Made by a program: the position numbers and the translations under genes. Below the pieces are notes generated by a model. The model was not told where the DNA came from. It was given only the letters and a program-made list of their open reading frames with translations, and searched no databases. From Candidatus Dojkabacteria bacterium (GTDB lineage: Bacteria; Patescibacteriota; Dojkabacteria; SC72), in contig JAXGRK010000002.1 in NCBI GenBank assembly GCA_040765985.1, positions 9,940 through 73,939 of the forward strand: a DNA stretch of 64,000 nt. The letters run 5' to 3'. Below are positions 30,694 to 41,806 of the stretch, in pieces. The first letter of the stretch is position 1. Every line of letters starts with the position of its first letter.

Positions 30694-31596
30694 TTGGATT
30701 TTAAAGGAGGTGATAATAATATCTATGCCATACCATTACAGATTGATGGCCTGATGGTCATATACAACAAAGATATTCTCCAAGAAGAGGGATATTCAAC
30801 ACCACCTGCGGATTGGGATTCCTTTATGGAACTAGCCAAAGATTTAACCATTAGAGATAGCGAAGGGAAAATTACTAGATCTGGATTGGCCATAGGAACC
30901 GCTAATAATATAACGCACTCTTTTGATATTCTTTCATATTTCTTTTTACAGAACTTAGTACAGTTAATGAATGAAGATAGAACTCAAATACAACTTACTT
31001 CAGACAGGGCAATCAGAGCATTTAATACATACACATCGTTTGTAATGGAAGAAGATGCAACTTGGGCAACATATCTCCCAAGTGATTTAACTTCTTTTGT
31101 TAACGGAGAATTAGCTATGATGTTTGGAACTAGTTGGAGAGCCCTAGACATACTTTCTCAAACAGAAGATATTGAATTCGGATTGGCTCCTTTACCACGA
31201 TTACCCAATAACGAAGAGGTCTACTACTCAACATATTGGGGAACGACCGTTAGCAAATCAAGTAAAAACTCCTACGAGGCATGGAAATTTGTTGAATTTC
31301 TAAGCCAACCTGAACAATTAAGAAGATTAAATCAAAATTCCGCTAAGATAAGGACGTTTGGAGAGCCATACTCGAGAGTATCTATGAATTCAGAAATGAA
31401 AGACATTGAATATACAGAAGCCCTTTCATATATGGCACCTTTTATGAAATCCTGGCAACTTGGAGATCAACCCGTTGTAGAGGCATTCTTAAATGGCGCG
31501 ATAACTAATGTATTAGAGAAAGATTCTGATAGTTACTCTGAGTTAAAGAACGCACAAGAAGATATTAATATTAAACTTGCAGAAAGTAATAAATAA
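30694..31596 (+). CDS. ABC-transporter extracellular solute-binding protein (family 1, sugar-type), intact 3' roughly 300 codons
   Basis: IPLQIDGLMVIYNKDILQEEG...PADWDSFMELAKDLT and LAPLPRLPNNEEVYYSTYWGTTVSKSSKN resemble MalE/UgpB-type SBPs. The track start is a TTG right after a stop. The true start is in the degraded region. No permease or ATPase gene adjacent. Confidence 0.65.
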   Translation: MDFKGGDNNIYAIPLQIDGLMVIYNKDILQEEGYSTPPADWDSFMELAKDLTIRDSEGKITRSGLAIGTANNITHSFDILSYFFLQNLVQLMNEDRTQIQLTSDRAIRAFNTYTSFVMEEDATWATYLPSDLTSFVNGELAMMFGTSWRALDILSQTEDIEFGLAPLPRLPNNEEVYYSTYWGTTVSKSSKNSYEAWKFVEFLSQPEQLRRLNQNSAKIRTFGEPYSRVSMNSEMKDIEYTEALSYMAPFMKSWQLGDQPVVEAFLNGAITNVLEKDSDSYSELKNAQEDINIKLAESNK

Positions 31597-31612
31597 AAGC
31601 TAATATATACAA

Positions 31613-33469
31613 ATGAGCTTGAAAATTGCCCCAATAAAAAAAAGACAAAGAAGTATTTTACTTACATTCCTACTTCTGCTTTCGCTACCTGTTTTTGTGT
31701 TCAGTTTACTTGAGAATCAAAGTTTTGATACCAGAAATAGAGCATTTGAAGAAATAGAATTAAGTGAACTTAATCCCTGTATAATAACATTCCCAAATGT
31801 AAACCCCTATACATTAGAAGTAAACAATACAGTCAGACTTCAGATTGATGCACTTTCAGAACAGTATGGTATCAAAAGTATCATTGTATCCGATGGTATA
31901 GGTAATACAATCTTTTCACAAACCTATAAAGATACCGTATCTAAAGTAACTGAATCCTTTTTATACACACCTACTATTGCTAGATCCTACAATTTAATGG
32001 GTACAATGGTTGATAAAAGTGATAGGACTTTCGGATGTGCGATAAGCAGTCCCTACGATGTAAAAGGCGTAAAAGCCATACTAACAAATACCAAACCGGA
32101 ATTTTTAACCTCACCAAAAGAATCAAAACCATCACAAAGTATTCAAACTAATACTACTTACGAATACACATTAGAAGCACAAGACATTGATGGAGATACA
32201 ATCAATTATTCCTACTCCTTCACTAAAGGACAAGATTGGTTGAAACCATCAATCATTGATGATGGAGGAGATGGTAAGCTAACTATTAAATTCAGGGGCA
32301 CAACAGATAAACCAGGTAGTTACTTAGCAAATGTATTCATACATGATGGGTATAGTAAACATTTATCTTCCCAATCCTGGGTAATCAGTGTAAGTCCAGA
32401 AGGTAATGATAACCCAATTGTAACAATAATAGAGCCAGAACAAAGTATTACAATTAAAGATGGCAAACCAATAAAAATAAGCTGGGAAGCGGTAGATAAC
32501 AATGGAATAATCAGATATGAAATATATATATCCTCTAATCCTGTAAACGAACTGGCCTGGGACCCCATAAACCTAGAAATTCCTCCAACACAAACCTCAT
32601 ACGATTTAGATATTAGTACCATTGCGGATGGTGCATACCGAGTAATTGTTAGAGCAATTGATAATCAAGATCCAGCAGCCGTAGGGATTGATGTTTCTGA
32701 AGAGATAATAATTGCAAAAGAGATAGAAGAGCCAGACGAACCAGATGATAAAGTTGTACTTCCACAACCCCAAATTATAAATATATCACCAACTGGAAGT
32801 GATGAAATAAGTAATCTCACACCAACAATTAAAGCTTCTCTAATAGCAACAGAGAACGGTACTATCGAAGAATCCAGCATCCTGGTTAAGATTGATGGAA
32901 AAGATATCACGAAAGATATAAAAATAAATAAGATATCTGATTCTGAATACACTGTAATATACATACCCGAAAACGCATTAGATATTGGTCTTCATAAAAT
33001 ATCTATCTACTTCAAAGATTCAAACGGGGGTGAGATTGATAAAGAGTGGACTTTCAATATCTCCGGCTCTACACAAGATTCAGATGTATTCAACATATTT
33101 GGTTTTGAAATTCCAAAACGAACTGGATACATAATAGGAGGAGGAATTGGTTTAATAGCTCTCGCCATTTTAATTCCTTTAGTAATAATGGCCGTATGGA
33201 AAGACAATTCGAAAGAAATATCAACAGGGAGTGTTGTTCTACCTAAATCTTTACCTTCTACAGAAGATGTCTTCGTACCTCAATCACAAAAGACTGTTGA
33301 GAATCTTGTGAAAGAAAGTCCTACACCACCAGAGCCAGATATCCAAGAAGATGATATTCCAGAGCCAGATATTGATACAGTATTTGATGCACCTCTACCA
33401 GAAGATGGTTTCACTAATATGTACCAACAGATTAAAGAAATCGAAGAGAAAGAAAACAAAGAGGCATAG
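31613..33469 (+). CDS. Surface protein: signal peptide, Ig/cadherin-like repeats, C-terminal TM anchor and acidic Pro/Glu-rich tail
   Basis: 618 aa. N-terminal h-region LLTFLLLLSLPVFVFSLL. Beta-rich repeats with D/N/T. TM GYIIGGGIGLIALAILIPLVIMAVW near the C-terminus. Confidence 0.6.
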   Translation: MSLKIAPIKKRQRSILLTFLLLLSLPVFVFSLLENQSFDTRNRAFEEIELSELNPCIITFPNVNPYTLEVNNTVRLQIDALSEQYGIKSIIVSDGIGNTIFSQTYKDTVSKVTESFLYTPTIARSYNLMGTMVDKSDRTFGCAISSPYDVKGVKAILTNTKPEFLTSPKESKPSQSIQTNTTYEYTLEAQDIDGDTINYSYSFTKGQDWLKPSIIDDGGDGKLTIKFRGTTDKPGSYLANVFIHDGYSKHLSSQSWVISVSPEGNDNPIVTIIEPEQSITIKDGKPIKISWEAVDNNGIIRYEIYISSNPVNELAWDPINLEIPPTQTSYDLDISTIADGAYRVIVRAIDNQDPAAVGIDVSEEIIIAKEIEEPDEPDDKVVLPQPQIINISPTGSDEISNLTPTIKASLIATENGTIEESSILVKIDGKDITKDIKINKISDSEYTVIYIPENALDIGLHKISIYFKDSNGGEIDKEWTFNISGSTQDSDVFNIFGFEIPKRTGYIIGGGIGLIALAILIPLVIMAVWKDNSKEISTGSVVLPKSLPSTEDVFVPQSQKTVENLVKESPTPPEPDIQEDDIPEPDIDTVFDAPLPEDGFTNMYQQIKEIEEKENKEA

Positions 33470-33508
33470 GAAGTTCTCCTCTCACTCCCATTTTGATATA
33501 ATCATACG

Positions 33509-35296
33509 ATGAGAAATCTTACATATTCTGAATTAAAGAACGAGTATCTAGAATTTTTTAAAAGTAAAAATCATATAGAGATACCAAGTGCCCCATTAGT
33601 ACCAGAGGATGATCCCTCTGTGCTTTTTGTTAATGCAGGAATGTTTCCGTTAGTACCTTTTCTTAAAGGAGAAAAACACCCTTTAGGAAATAGATTAGCA
33701 AATTCTCAAAGATGCCTAAGAACTGGGGATATTGATGACGTTGGAGACAACTATCACTCTACTACATTTGAGATGTTGGGTAACTGGTCATTAAATGATT
33801 ACTTCAAAAAAGAAGCCATTGAGATGTCTATTGAATTCTTTGTTGATGTATTAGGTATGGATATAAAAAGAATATATGCATCTGTATTTGCAGGAGAAGA
33901 TGCAATACCCAAAGATAATGTTTCTATAGAGGTATGGAAAGAGATATTCTCTAGATACAACATAAATGCAAAGGTAGGAAAGGGAGAAAGAATACAAGAA
34001 TATGGAAAAGAGCATAATTGGTGGGGATTACCCAACGGAGGTCCTTGTGGTCCAGATTCTGAAATATTCTACGATACAGGTAAAAAACCGTGTGGTAAGA
34101 ACTGCCATATTAACTGCAATTGTGGGAAATATATAGAGATAGGAAATAATGTATTTATGGAATACCTTCTAGAGAATGGAATGTATCTACCCCTTGGTAA
34201 ACATAACGTTGATTTTGGTGGAGGACTTGAAAGATTAGTCATGATTACCCAAGGAGTAGAATCTTTCTATGAAATTGATATATACAAACCAATATTTGAA
34301 AAAGTTAAGGAAATATCTAAATCTGAAAACATTCAATCACAAAGAATAGTTACTGACCATATTAAAGCAGCTACATGGATAATCGCTGATGGAGTAAAAC
34401 CATCTAATACAATGCAGGGCTACATACTAAGAAGATTAATCAGAAGAGCAATGAGACACGCTAGAATACTAAATATCAATTCCCCTTTTATTAAAGAAAT
34501 TGCCGAAATATCTATAAACCAATTTAAAGGCGAATGGATTAAATTAGAACAAAACAGAGATGAGATATTAAATACTCTAAGCCAAGAAGAGGAGAAATTT
34601 AATAAGACATTAGAGAAGGGTTTAAAGGAACTAGACCATTTAATAGAAAGAAAAAAGAACATATCAGGAGAAGACATATTTAGAATGTATGAAACATATG
34701 GTCTTCCTAAAGAGGTAACTGAAGAGATATTACAAGAGAAAAATATAGAGATAATAGATACAAGTACTTTTGAAAAAGCCAAGTTAGAACATAAGAAGAA
34801 ATCTCAGACCTCATCCTCTGGAATTTTCAAAGGTGGTTTAGCAGACACATCAGAAATGTCTACAAAATATCATACGGCTTCTCATTTGCTTCTTTCTGCT
34901 CTACGTAAAGTACTTGGAGATCATATATATCAGAAAGGAAGTAACATTACACCCGAAAGATTGAGATTGGATTTCCCCAATTCTGAGAAATTAACAAATG
35001 AACAAATTCAAGAAGTAGAGAATTTAATTAACAAAGCAATAGGAAATCAATTATCGGTTACCTTTAAAGAAGTATCAAAAGATGAAGCATTAAAACTTGT
35101 TCCCTTTGCAGCTTTCGAAGAGAAGTATGGAAGTAAAGTTAAACTTTACACAATTGGAGATTCTCAAAACCCCTTCTCCGTTGAGATATGTAACGGTCCT
35201 CATGTTTCAAATATTTCTGTATTAGGTAAATTCAAAATAGTAAAACAAGAAAGTGTAGGTACAGGAATTAAAAGAATAAAAGCAATACTAGAATAG
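33509..35296 (+). CDS. alaS: Alanine--tRNA ligase, short form (catalytic, tRNA-recognition and editing-core domains; no C-Ala domain)
   Basis: 595 aa. Class II motifs (FVNAGM, GNNVFMEY, GGGLERL). Editing-domain HTASHLL...CNGPHV. Ends shortly after the editing core. Confidence 0.88.
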   Translation: MRNLTYSELKNEYLEFFKSKNHIEIPSAPLVPEDDPSVLFVNAGMFPLVPFLKGEKHPLGNRLANSQRCLRTGDIDDVGDNYHSTTFEMLGNWSLNDYFKKEAIEMSIEFFVDVLGMDIKRIYASVFAGEDAIPKDNVSIEVWKEIFSRYNINAKVGKGERIQEYGKEHNWWGLPNGGPCGPDSEIFYDTGKKPCGKNCHINCNCGKYIEIGNNVFMEYLLENGMYLPLGKHNVDFGGGLERLVMITQGVESFYEIDIYKPIFEKVKEISKSENIQSQRIVTDHIKAATWIIADGVKPSNTMQGYILRRLIRRAMRHARILNINSPFIKEIAEISINQFKGEWIKLEQNRDEILNTLSQEEEKFNKTLEKGLKELDHLIERKKNISGEDIFRMYETYGLPKEVTEEILQEKNIEIIDTSTFEKAKLEHKKKSQTSSSGIFKGGLADTSEMSTKYHTASHLLLSALRKVLGDHIYQKGSNITPERLRLDFPNSEKLTNEQIQEVENLINKAIGNQLSVTFKEVSKDEALKLVPFAAFEEKYGSKVKLYTIGDSQNPFSVEICNGPHVSNISVLGKFKIVKQESVGTGIKRIKAILE

Positions 35297-35298
35297 AT

Positions 35299-35739
35299 AT
35301 GCAAACAGAAAAACCCATATTAGCAATTGATTACGGAGAAAAAAGAATCGGATTAGCAATCTCAGATACTAAGGGAATAATTGCATCCCCGCTTGATGTA
35401 CTTAAAATTACAAAAAATAGAAATATAAATAACATATTAGAAGAACTACTACTCATAGTAGATGAATACAGAGTAAAAAGTATACTGATAGGTATGCCCC
35501 AAGAGTTTGAAACTTCATATTCTAAATCTATAAACAAGATTAAATCGTTTGCAAAAAAATTAACAGACCTAACAGAGATACCTGTAATATTTCAAGATGA
35601 AAGCTATTCTACTACTCAAGCCCAGAATATGTTACTATCTCTAGGACAAAGTACTAGGTCATCAAGGGGAAAAATTGATATGATATCAGCAACCTTGTTC
35701 CTTCAAGAATTTCTAAATTCTAATAATAAACAGAAATGA
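35299..35739 (+). CDS. ruvX: Putative pre-16S rRNA nuclease / Holliday-junction resolvase-like YqgF
   Basis: 146 aa. ILAIDYGEKRIGLAISD N-terminal motif. alaS-ruvX-mltG synteny. Confidence 0.8.
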   Translation: MQTEKPILAIDYGEKRIGLAISDTKGIIASPLDVLKITKNRNINNILEELLLIVDEYRVKSILIGMPQEFETSYSKSINKIKSFAKKLTDLTEIPVIFQDESYSTTQAQNMLLSLGQSTRSSRGKIDMISATLFLQEFLNSNNKQK

Positions 35740-36737
35740 AATCTTTAATTAAAATATTTCTCTTAGCACTACTTACTGTTGCATTGATTGTTTTCCTCGC
35801 AAAGAAAAATTACGACACAGTAATAGATCAACCCAATAGTGAAAGTACTGAAAAAATAACCTTTCAGATAGTAACAGGAGAGTCAGTAGATTCAATAATC
35901 CAAAAATTAGTAGATTTAGGAGTATTGAAAGAGAAGTGGGCTAATTACTTAAGAATATATTTAAAAATAAATAACCTAGCAGAAAAGATACAAGCTGGAA
36001 CATATGAATTACCTAAGAATTTAAGTATAAAAGAAATAGCAGAAACAATTCAAAGAGCTAGAGGATTAGATATTTGGGTAACAATACCAGAAGGATTAAG
36101 AAAAGATGAAATAGCAGAAATACTGTACACTGAACTTTCAAAAAGTAGCAATCAGGTGTTTAGTAAAGAAGAATTCTTACAATTAACTACAAATACCTCC
36201 TTTATTTCAACATTGGGATTTTCTAAATATACACCAACCGATTTAGAGGGATATCTCTTTCCTGACAAGTATGCTTTCTCCGTAGATGAAACTACTCAAG
36301 ATGTTTTAACTAAAATGATTAGAAATTTCATAAACAAAGTTGGTGAAAATGACTCTTACGAAGATCTTATTATCGCTTCCATGGTAGAAAGAGAAGGAAG
36401 AACATCTGAAGATCGACCAATGATTGCAGATATAATAAATAAGAGATATGAAGAAGGATGGCTTCTGCAAATATGTGCAACCATACTCTATCTAAAGAAA
36501 GATTGGGAACATGTTATTACAAAACAAGATATGGCAGAAGAGAATCCGTATAACACTTACAAAACTCCTGGATTACCTCCTACCCCAATTTGCAATCCTG
36601 GTCTAGCAGCTATTGATGCAGTAAGAAACCCTGAATCCAATCCCTACTACTACTACATACACGATGATGATGGAAATATACACTATGGAAAAACTCTAGA
36701 CGAACATAATAGAAATATTGAAACATATCTTAGATAA
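35736..36737 (+). CDS. mltG: Endolytic murein transglycosylase MltG (YceG-like)
   Basis: 333 aa. N-terminal TM. YNTYKTPGLPPTPICNPGLAAIDAVRNPESNPYYYYI is the YceG signature. Confidence 0.85.
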   Translation: MKSLIKIFLLALLTVALIVFLAKKNYDTVIDQPNSESTEKITFQIVTGESVDSIIQKLVDLGVLKEKWANYLRIYLKINNLAEKIQAGTYELPKNLSIKEIAETIQRARGLDIWVTIPEGLRKDEIAEILYTELSKSSNQVFSKEEFLQLTTNTSFISTLGFSKYTPTDLEGYLFPDKYAFSVDETTQDVLTKMIRNFINKVGENDSYEDLIIASMVEREGRTSEDRPMIADIINKRYEEGWLLQICATILYLKKDWEHVITKQDMAEENPYNTYKTPGLPPTPICNPGLAAIDAVRNPESNPYYYYIHDDDGNIHYGKTLDEHNRNIETYLR

Positions 36738-36760
36738 TTTAAATTGACCTGTAAGCCCCA

Positions 36761-38198
36761 ATGACAGTATCTATTGACATGACAGACAAGGAGATTTTAC
36801 CAAAAGGTCCCATTATCTTAGATTCAAATAATCTAAAAACCAAAAAAAGAAAACATTGGATATTTATCCCTCTTTCAATTTTACTCATCACTATTCTTGG
36901 TATCGGAATATATTTTCTTTACAAAGGGTACAAAGTTGGAGAAGGAATCGGCTTTAATTTCTCTCCCGGTAATTTAATTGATATTAAGAAGGATCCAGAA
37001 TTAAAAAAAGATAGTACACAAACATATACGAATATATTACTTGTTGGTATAGATACAAGAGAAAATTCTAAATTACTAAATACAGATGTCATTATCTTAG
37101 CATCGTATAATCATCTAACCAAAGATATTGTAATGATCTCTGTACCAAGAGATTTCTATGCTCAGGTTAATCCAGATAGGGTTGGTTTTAGTAAAATTAA
37201 TTCTGCATATTCAATAAATGAAGCTAAAAAGAGTGATTACGGTTTGGAAGTACTTCAAGATATCGTAGAAGATATAACTGGTATGGAAATTCAATACCAT
37301 GCAATGATAAATTTCGAGGGCTTTATTGAATTGATTGATGCAGTAGGAGGTGTGTATGTTAATGTTGAGAACAGTTTCACTGATTACAGATACCCACTTG
37401 GAACTAAATATCAGACAGTATCATTCAAAGAAGGACCGCAATTGATGGATGGAGAAACTGCTTTGAAATATGCCAGATCCAGACACTCTCAACAAAATGG
37501 AGAGGCTCAGATTATGCAAGAGCTAGAAGACAACAAAAGGTAATGGATTCATTTAAAGAAGCCCTACTAAGTACAGAAACTCTTCTCAACCCTACAAAAG
37601 TCATGTCTCTATTAAGTTCTGTACAAGATAATCTTCAAATTTCTGAATTCTCTTTAGAAGATGTTCAAGCAGGTGTAAATATTCTTAAATCATTAAATTC
37701 TGAAGAACAAAAAGCTTCAACCTACTCCTTTGTCTTAGATCCTACAGTAGGAAATTACTCACTAATTACTACAAATGTACCTAGTGAAGGTTACGCAATT
37801 GGCCCAAAAGAGGGCTTGGGAAATACACAAAAATTAATGAATATGTCCAACTTGTAATTAAAAATCCTCTACTTTACTCTGAGAATCCATCCATATACAC
37901 TTACGATGTTGGATTAGGATACAAAGAAAGTAATACAGAAACCCAAGAATTAAAAGACCAGTTTAAATATCTTAATATACGATTCCAAGGTACAAAATTT
38001 AAAGATAAAGAAGGAACATATATATATTCAAATATTACCGATGAATTCGTCAAATCCGTTGACTTCATATCACAATATCTTAAAATTGAAAACAAGAGTA
38101 AACCAGAATACTTAACAACAAATACAGGTGGAGATATATCTATCCTCTTTGGTAAAGAGATTTTAGATCAACAAATTATCCAAGAAGAAGTAGAATAA
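36761..38198 (+). CDS. LytR-CpsA-Psr (LCP) family cell-envelope phosphotransferase, reading frame broken twice (about 37535 and about 37830)
   Basis: ORF 36761..37543 has an N-terminal TM plus ILLVGIDTRENSKLL...VMISVPRD (LCP core). It continues in ORF 37543..37857 after a frame change in caacaaaagg (one A short). A third open frame 37788..38198 follows another frame change in acaaaaatt. All three are contiguous. Confidence 0.7.
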
Positions 38199-38200
38199 AA

Positions 38201-39130
38201 ATGTACAAACTATATATTGGAAATGAAACTTATCTATCTTTTAAAAATGCTCGAATTGCTTTAAAAGAGTTAATAGAAAATACAGATAGTGAATATATTT
38301 CAATAGATGCTGAAAAAATCGATAGCTCTAAAATTATTGAACTTCTATCTTCTCAATCCCTATTTAATAAACCCAGGGTTCTTTTTATCAAAAGATTATA
38401 CAAAAACAAAGATAAAGAAACTTTAATCCCCTCCCTTTTTGAATATTTAGAAAAAGATTCAACCGACAATGTAATACTTTGGGAAGATCAGAAAGTTAGC
38501 TCTATTACAAAATACGTTAAGTTTTTTAAATCAAAAAAACTCTTAGAAGAGTATAACAAACTAACTAAACCATCCTTTAATAAATATGCTAGAGAGTTAT
38601 GTCTAGAATACAACCTATCTATTGATAACCAGTTAATAAATACTCTCTCGAATTACTCAAATTACAGTGTAGAGAGATTAGAGAACAGTATAAAGAAAAT
38701 CAAACTACTTTCAGATTCACAAACAGTAACTAAAAATGATATAGACAGTATAGTAGTAGATACTTTAGAACAAGATATATGGATACTTTTAGACGAGATG
38801 AACTCCTCTCAAGGAAAACCATTACTTGTACTGGAAAGAATATTGAAACAGGGAATAGATTCAAAATATATACTCCCTATGATTGCCCGAAACCTTCGTT
38901 TAATAACTTTAACAAAATATTTAACAACAAATAGCTCTTCATTTTCTGAAATTGCCTCATTATTAAAAATACCACCATTTACAGTTAGACCTCTAGTAGA
39001 AGCAAGTAATAAATATGATTGGGAACAAATAAAGAGCAAATATGAGAAATTATCTAATCTTGATTATGAAATCAAGATAGGTAAAATAGATTCAAAACTT
39101 GGCTTAACACTCTTTTGTACAACAATGTAA
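38201..39130 (+). CDS. holA: DNA polymerase III delta subunit
   Basis: 309 aa. C-terminal ILPMIARNLRLITLTKYL...SEIASLLKIPPFTVRPL is HolA-like. Confidence 0.7.
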   Translation: MYKLYIGNETYLSFKNARIALKELIENTDSEYISIDAEKIDSSKIIELLSSQSLFNKPRVLFIKRLYKNKDKETLIPSLFEYLEKDSTDNVILWEDQKVSSITKYVKFFKSKKLLEEYNKLTKPSFNKYARELCLEYNLSIDNQLINTLSNYSNYSVERLENSIKKIKLLSDSQTVTKNDIDSIVVDTLEQDIWILLDEMNSSQGKPLLVLERILKQGIDSKYILPMIARNLRLITLTKYLTTNSSSFSEIASLLKIPPFTVRPLVEASNKYDWEQIKSKYEKLSNLDYEIKIGKIDSKLGLTLFCTTM

Positions 39131-39213
39131 AAATTGTTGTTGACATTACTATCCTTGTTCTCATAAACTCTATATATATAGTCGACCTAATAATATACAT
39201 ATAAGTTATTTTA

Positions 39214-40941
39214 ATGGATAGACAGGATAAAGGAACTAAAAAAACATTACGAGCCCTTATCGTTGTAGGAGCCATTCTTCTCTTAACACTAATAGGTGCT
39301 GTCATATATTTTTTCCTCATTGAAAAAAGCGGTACACCATCAGAAGAGGAACAAAGTAAAAGCTGTGGCTGCTATATAATAGATCCAAATGTCTCTAGTG
39401 AATGTGGAGATCCCAAAAGAGCATTCCTCTTTAATCTTAATACTGTATCTTCGGAGGAAACATGTAATGCACAGTGTGATATTAACGAAGTTGCCGATAA
39501 TTTACTTAATAGCAGTACTCCAAGGGAATCATACAAAATTTGTACGATACGAAGTATCTCTGACACTAGGTGTGAGAATATGATTCTTAAAGATCAAGAT
39601 GGTAAAATCATAACTGGAAGAATAAAACCAACTGATGAAATAAATATTGAAGCTACATTTGAGAAATCTACATATACAGATTACATGTTTAAAGTTAACT
39701 CAGAAGACCAAGCCCCAGATAAAGTTGATGGAAATAAAATAACAAAGAAGCTATCTGATTTTAACAATGTAACCTCTGTTGAGATATTTGCTACAGCTAA
39801 AGATTCGCAGGAAGATCAAATCAATTCATTGGTATGTAGAAGAATTGTAGATATAGAATCTACAGGGCAAAGCTCCGTTACAAATCTCGTTGCAATTACC
39901 GAGCAACAAGACGATGGTAAAACAAAAATATCTCAAATAACAATATCTGTTGGACAGATAACTAGTAATAATATAAAAATAAGATTCTCCTTTAGTGGGG
40001 GGTTCTCTGCACTAACAGCAACAGATGGAGTAACAGTTGAACAGGAAAAAGGAGTATTAAGTATGGCAAAACTAGACCTATATGACACATCTAATTTCGC
40101 AAGTGATTCATTTAACATTCTTAATAATCATCTTGGGGATTTAGATATATCTGCAGAGGTTTTTGTCGATGATGTTAGTATAGGATCAGCAAGTACTACA
40201 GTACAATTTAAAGATACTTCAGGAGGAACTGAGCCAGAAACACCAATTACAGAGGATGATAAATCTAATTTCACTGTAACAAAAGTTGCCTCAGAAAGCT
40301 GTTTAGAAAAAGTAGAGAACAGTAATAGAGTTCAATATACAATCTCTGTTACAAACTTAAAAGATGTACAAGATAGTATCGCATCCATTAAGGATAAACT
40401 TCCACTTGGATTCACATATATTGTAAATAGTTCAGTTCTAAATAACACATCTACCTCGGATACAAACTTAGTTTTTGTTACACCTGTAGGAGATTCTCAG
40501 GAAGTTGTCTGGGAACCAGCATCTCCATGGGTTGTACCAGCGAATGGTACTCTGATAATAAATTTTGAAGCACTAGCAGGAGCTAATTCAATAATTGGGG
40601 ATAATCTAAATGAAGTAATTGTTACACCAATTGAAATACCAGCAGATCCTGCAACCTTAAGAGCCCAAGTATCAGTTACTGTTGCCCAAGACTGTAGTAA
40701 TATCCCTGTAACTCCATCTACTGGTATATTTGATACTTTCATAGGAAGAATCTTAGTAGGGATATTTATACTCCTGATTGGTTGGATTATATACTCTAGA
40801 CCTCAAGGTAATTTCATTGCCGAAAGAATAGTGAAATCGAGTATGTATGATGATTTCGAACTAGCAAAATACAGGGTGTTTAATCCAAAGAAATATTTTG
40901 AAGAAAAGATTGTAAGAAGTAAATCTAAAGAGAATCGATAG
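39214..40941 (+). CDS. Type-I-like membrane protein with DUF11-type (conserved repeat) domain, C-terminal TM and cytoplasmic tail
   Basis: 575 aa. N-terminal TM, Cys-rich segment, beta-rich body (VQYTISVTNLKDVQDSIASIKDKLPLGFTYIVN is DUF11-like). TPSTG precedes the C-terminal TM IGRILVGIFILLIGWIIY and a roughly 50 aa basic tail. Confidence 0.55.
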   Translation: MDRQDKGTKKTLRALIVVGAILLLTLIGAVIYFFLIEKSGTPSEEEQSKSCGCYIIDPNVSSECGDPKRAFLFNLNTVSSEETCNAQCDINEVADNLLNSSTPRESYKICTIRSISDTRCENMILKDQDGKIITGRIKPTDEINIEATFEKSTYTDYMFKVNSEDQAPDKVDGNKITKKLSDFNNVTSVEIFATAKDSQEDQINSLVCRRIVDIESTGQSSVTNLVAITEQQDDGKTKISQITISVGQITSNNIKIRFSFSGGFSALTATDGVTVEQEKGVLSMAKLDLYDTSNFASDSFNILNNHLGDLDISAEVFVDDVSIGSASTTVQFKDTSGGTEPETPITEDDKSNFTVTKVASESCLEKVENSNRVQYTISVTNLKDVQDSIASIKDKLPLGFTYIVNSSVLNNTSTSDTNLVFVTPVGDSQEVVWEPASPWVVPANGTLIINFEALAGANSIIGDNLNEVIVTPIEIPADPATLRAQVSVTVAQDCSNIPVTPSTGIFDTFIGRILVGIFILLIGWIIYSRPQGNFIAERIVKSSMYDDFELAKYRVFNPKKYFEEKIVRSKSKENR

Positions 40942-41320
40942 AGAATTGAAGAGGTAAACCATCTTTTCCATAACTATTCCCATTAGACAATATTGAAAAG
41001 TAATACTCCTTTGTACTAACTAACTGTTTTAAAGTAACAATATGTTCCTTACTTAAAGTATCATTCACTAAATCAACCCCTACCAGCTCTAATACTTTCA
41101 TCTCTTTACCATAAAGGATATAACCTGAACACTTCTCTTTACTCCTCCAAAGTATATCTACAGAATTCTCTTGAACACCCTTTCTAATATCAACATTAAA
41201 TGGAGTACAGCCCTCAACATATGCCGATCCTTCAGAACCAGACACTTTAAAAAAGAATATACCTACTACAACAAGTAGTAAACTTAATGCACCCAATGTA
41301 ATATGCCAACTACTCTTCAT
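40925..41320 (-). CDS. Small signal-anchored protein with Fn3-like domain
   Basis: The track ORF starts at a non-ATG codon. The first ATG (41320) gives MKSSWHITLGALSLLLVVVGIFFF... followed by SVDILWRSKEKCSGYILYGKE...YYFSI, Fn3-like strands. Confidence 0.5.
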   Translation of the reverse strand: MKSSWHITLGALSLLLVVVGIFFFKVSGSEGSAYVEGCTPFNVDIRKGVQENSVDILWRSKEKCSGYILYGKEMKVLELVGVDLVNDTLSKEHIVTLKQLVSTKEYYFSILSNGNSYGKDGLPLQFSIDSL

Positions 41321-41741
41321 TTGCTTTAACAATAATATAATCAATTAAATTATAAACATTAGATCTCCCATATATTGTAATCTCTAATTTATGATCCCCA
41401 ATATCTGAAATAGTTGGAATACCATATAAATACCTTCGATCCCTTAATTCGATCCACTCTACACCACTAATAACTATTTCTACTTCCTCTATATTACATC
41501 CTACAATATTTGGAACAAAGTAATACTCTTTTCCAACATAGGCGATATTAGGAATTACATTACTAATATACGGTTTACAACCGGTCTCTTGAATATTTAC
41601 ACCTTTAACACTCTTCGTTACTCTTCTTGATTAAATAGATTGAAGAGACTATTGCTACAGATGGAATTAGAATAAAGCACAGTATAAAGTACTCTCTTTG
41701 TATTAATCATATATAAAATAGTGTATCAATAAAATTTTCTG

Positions 41742-41770
41742 TTTACAAACTCCATTTCAATATATATAAT
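41742..41770 (+). promoter_or_regulatory. Candidate rpsT promoter (TTTACA-N17-TATAAT)
   Basis: tttacaaactccatttcaatatatataat ending roughly 37 nt upstream of the rpsT ATG. Confidence 0.4.
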
Positions 41771-41806
41771 ACAACACAGTTATCAATCATTTTATTAATT
41801 AAGAAA

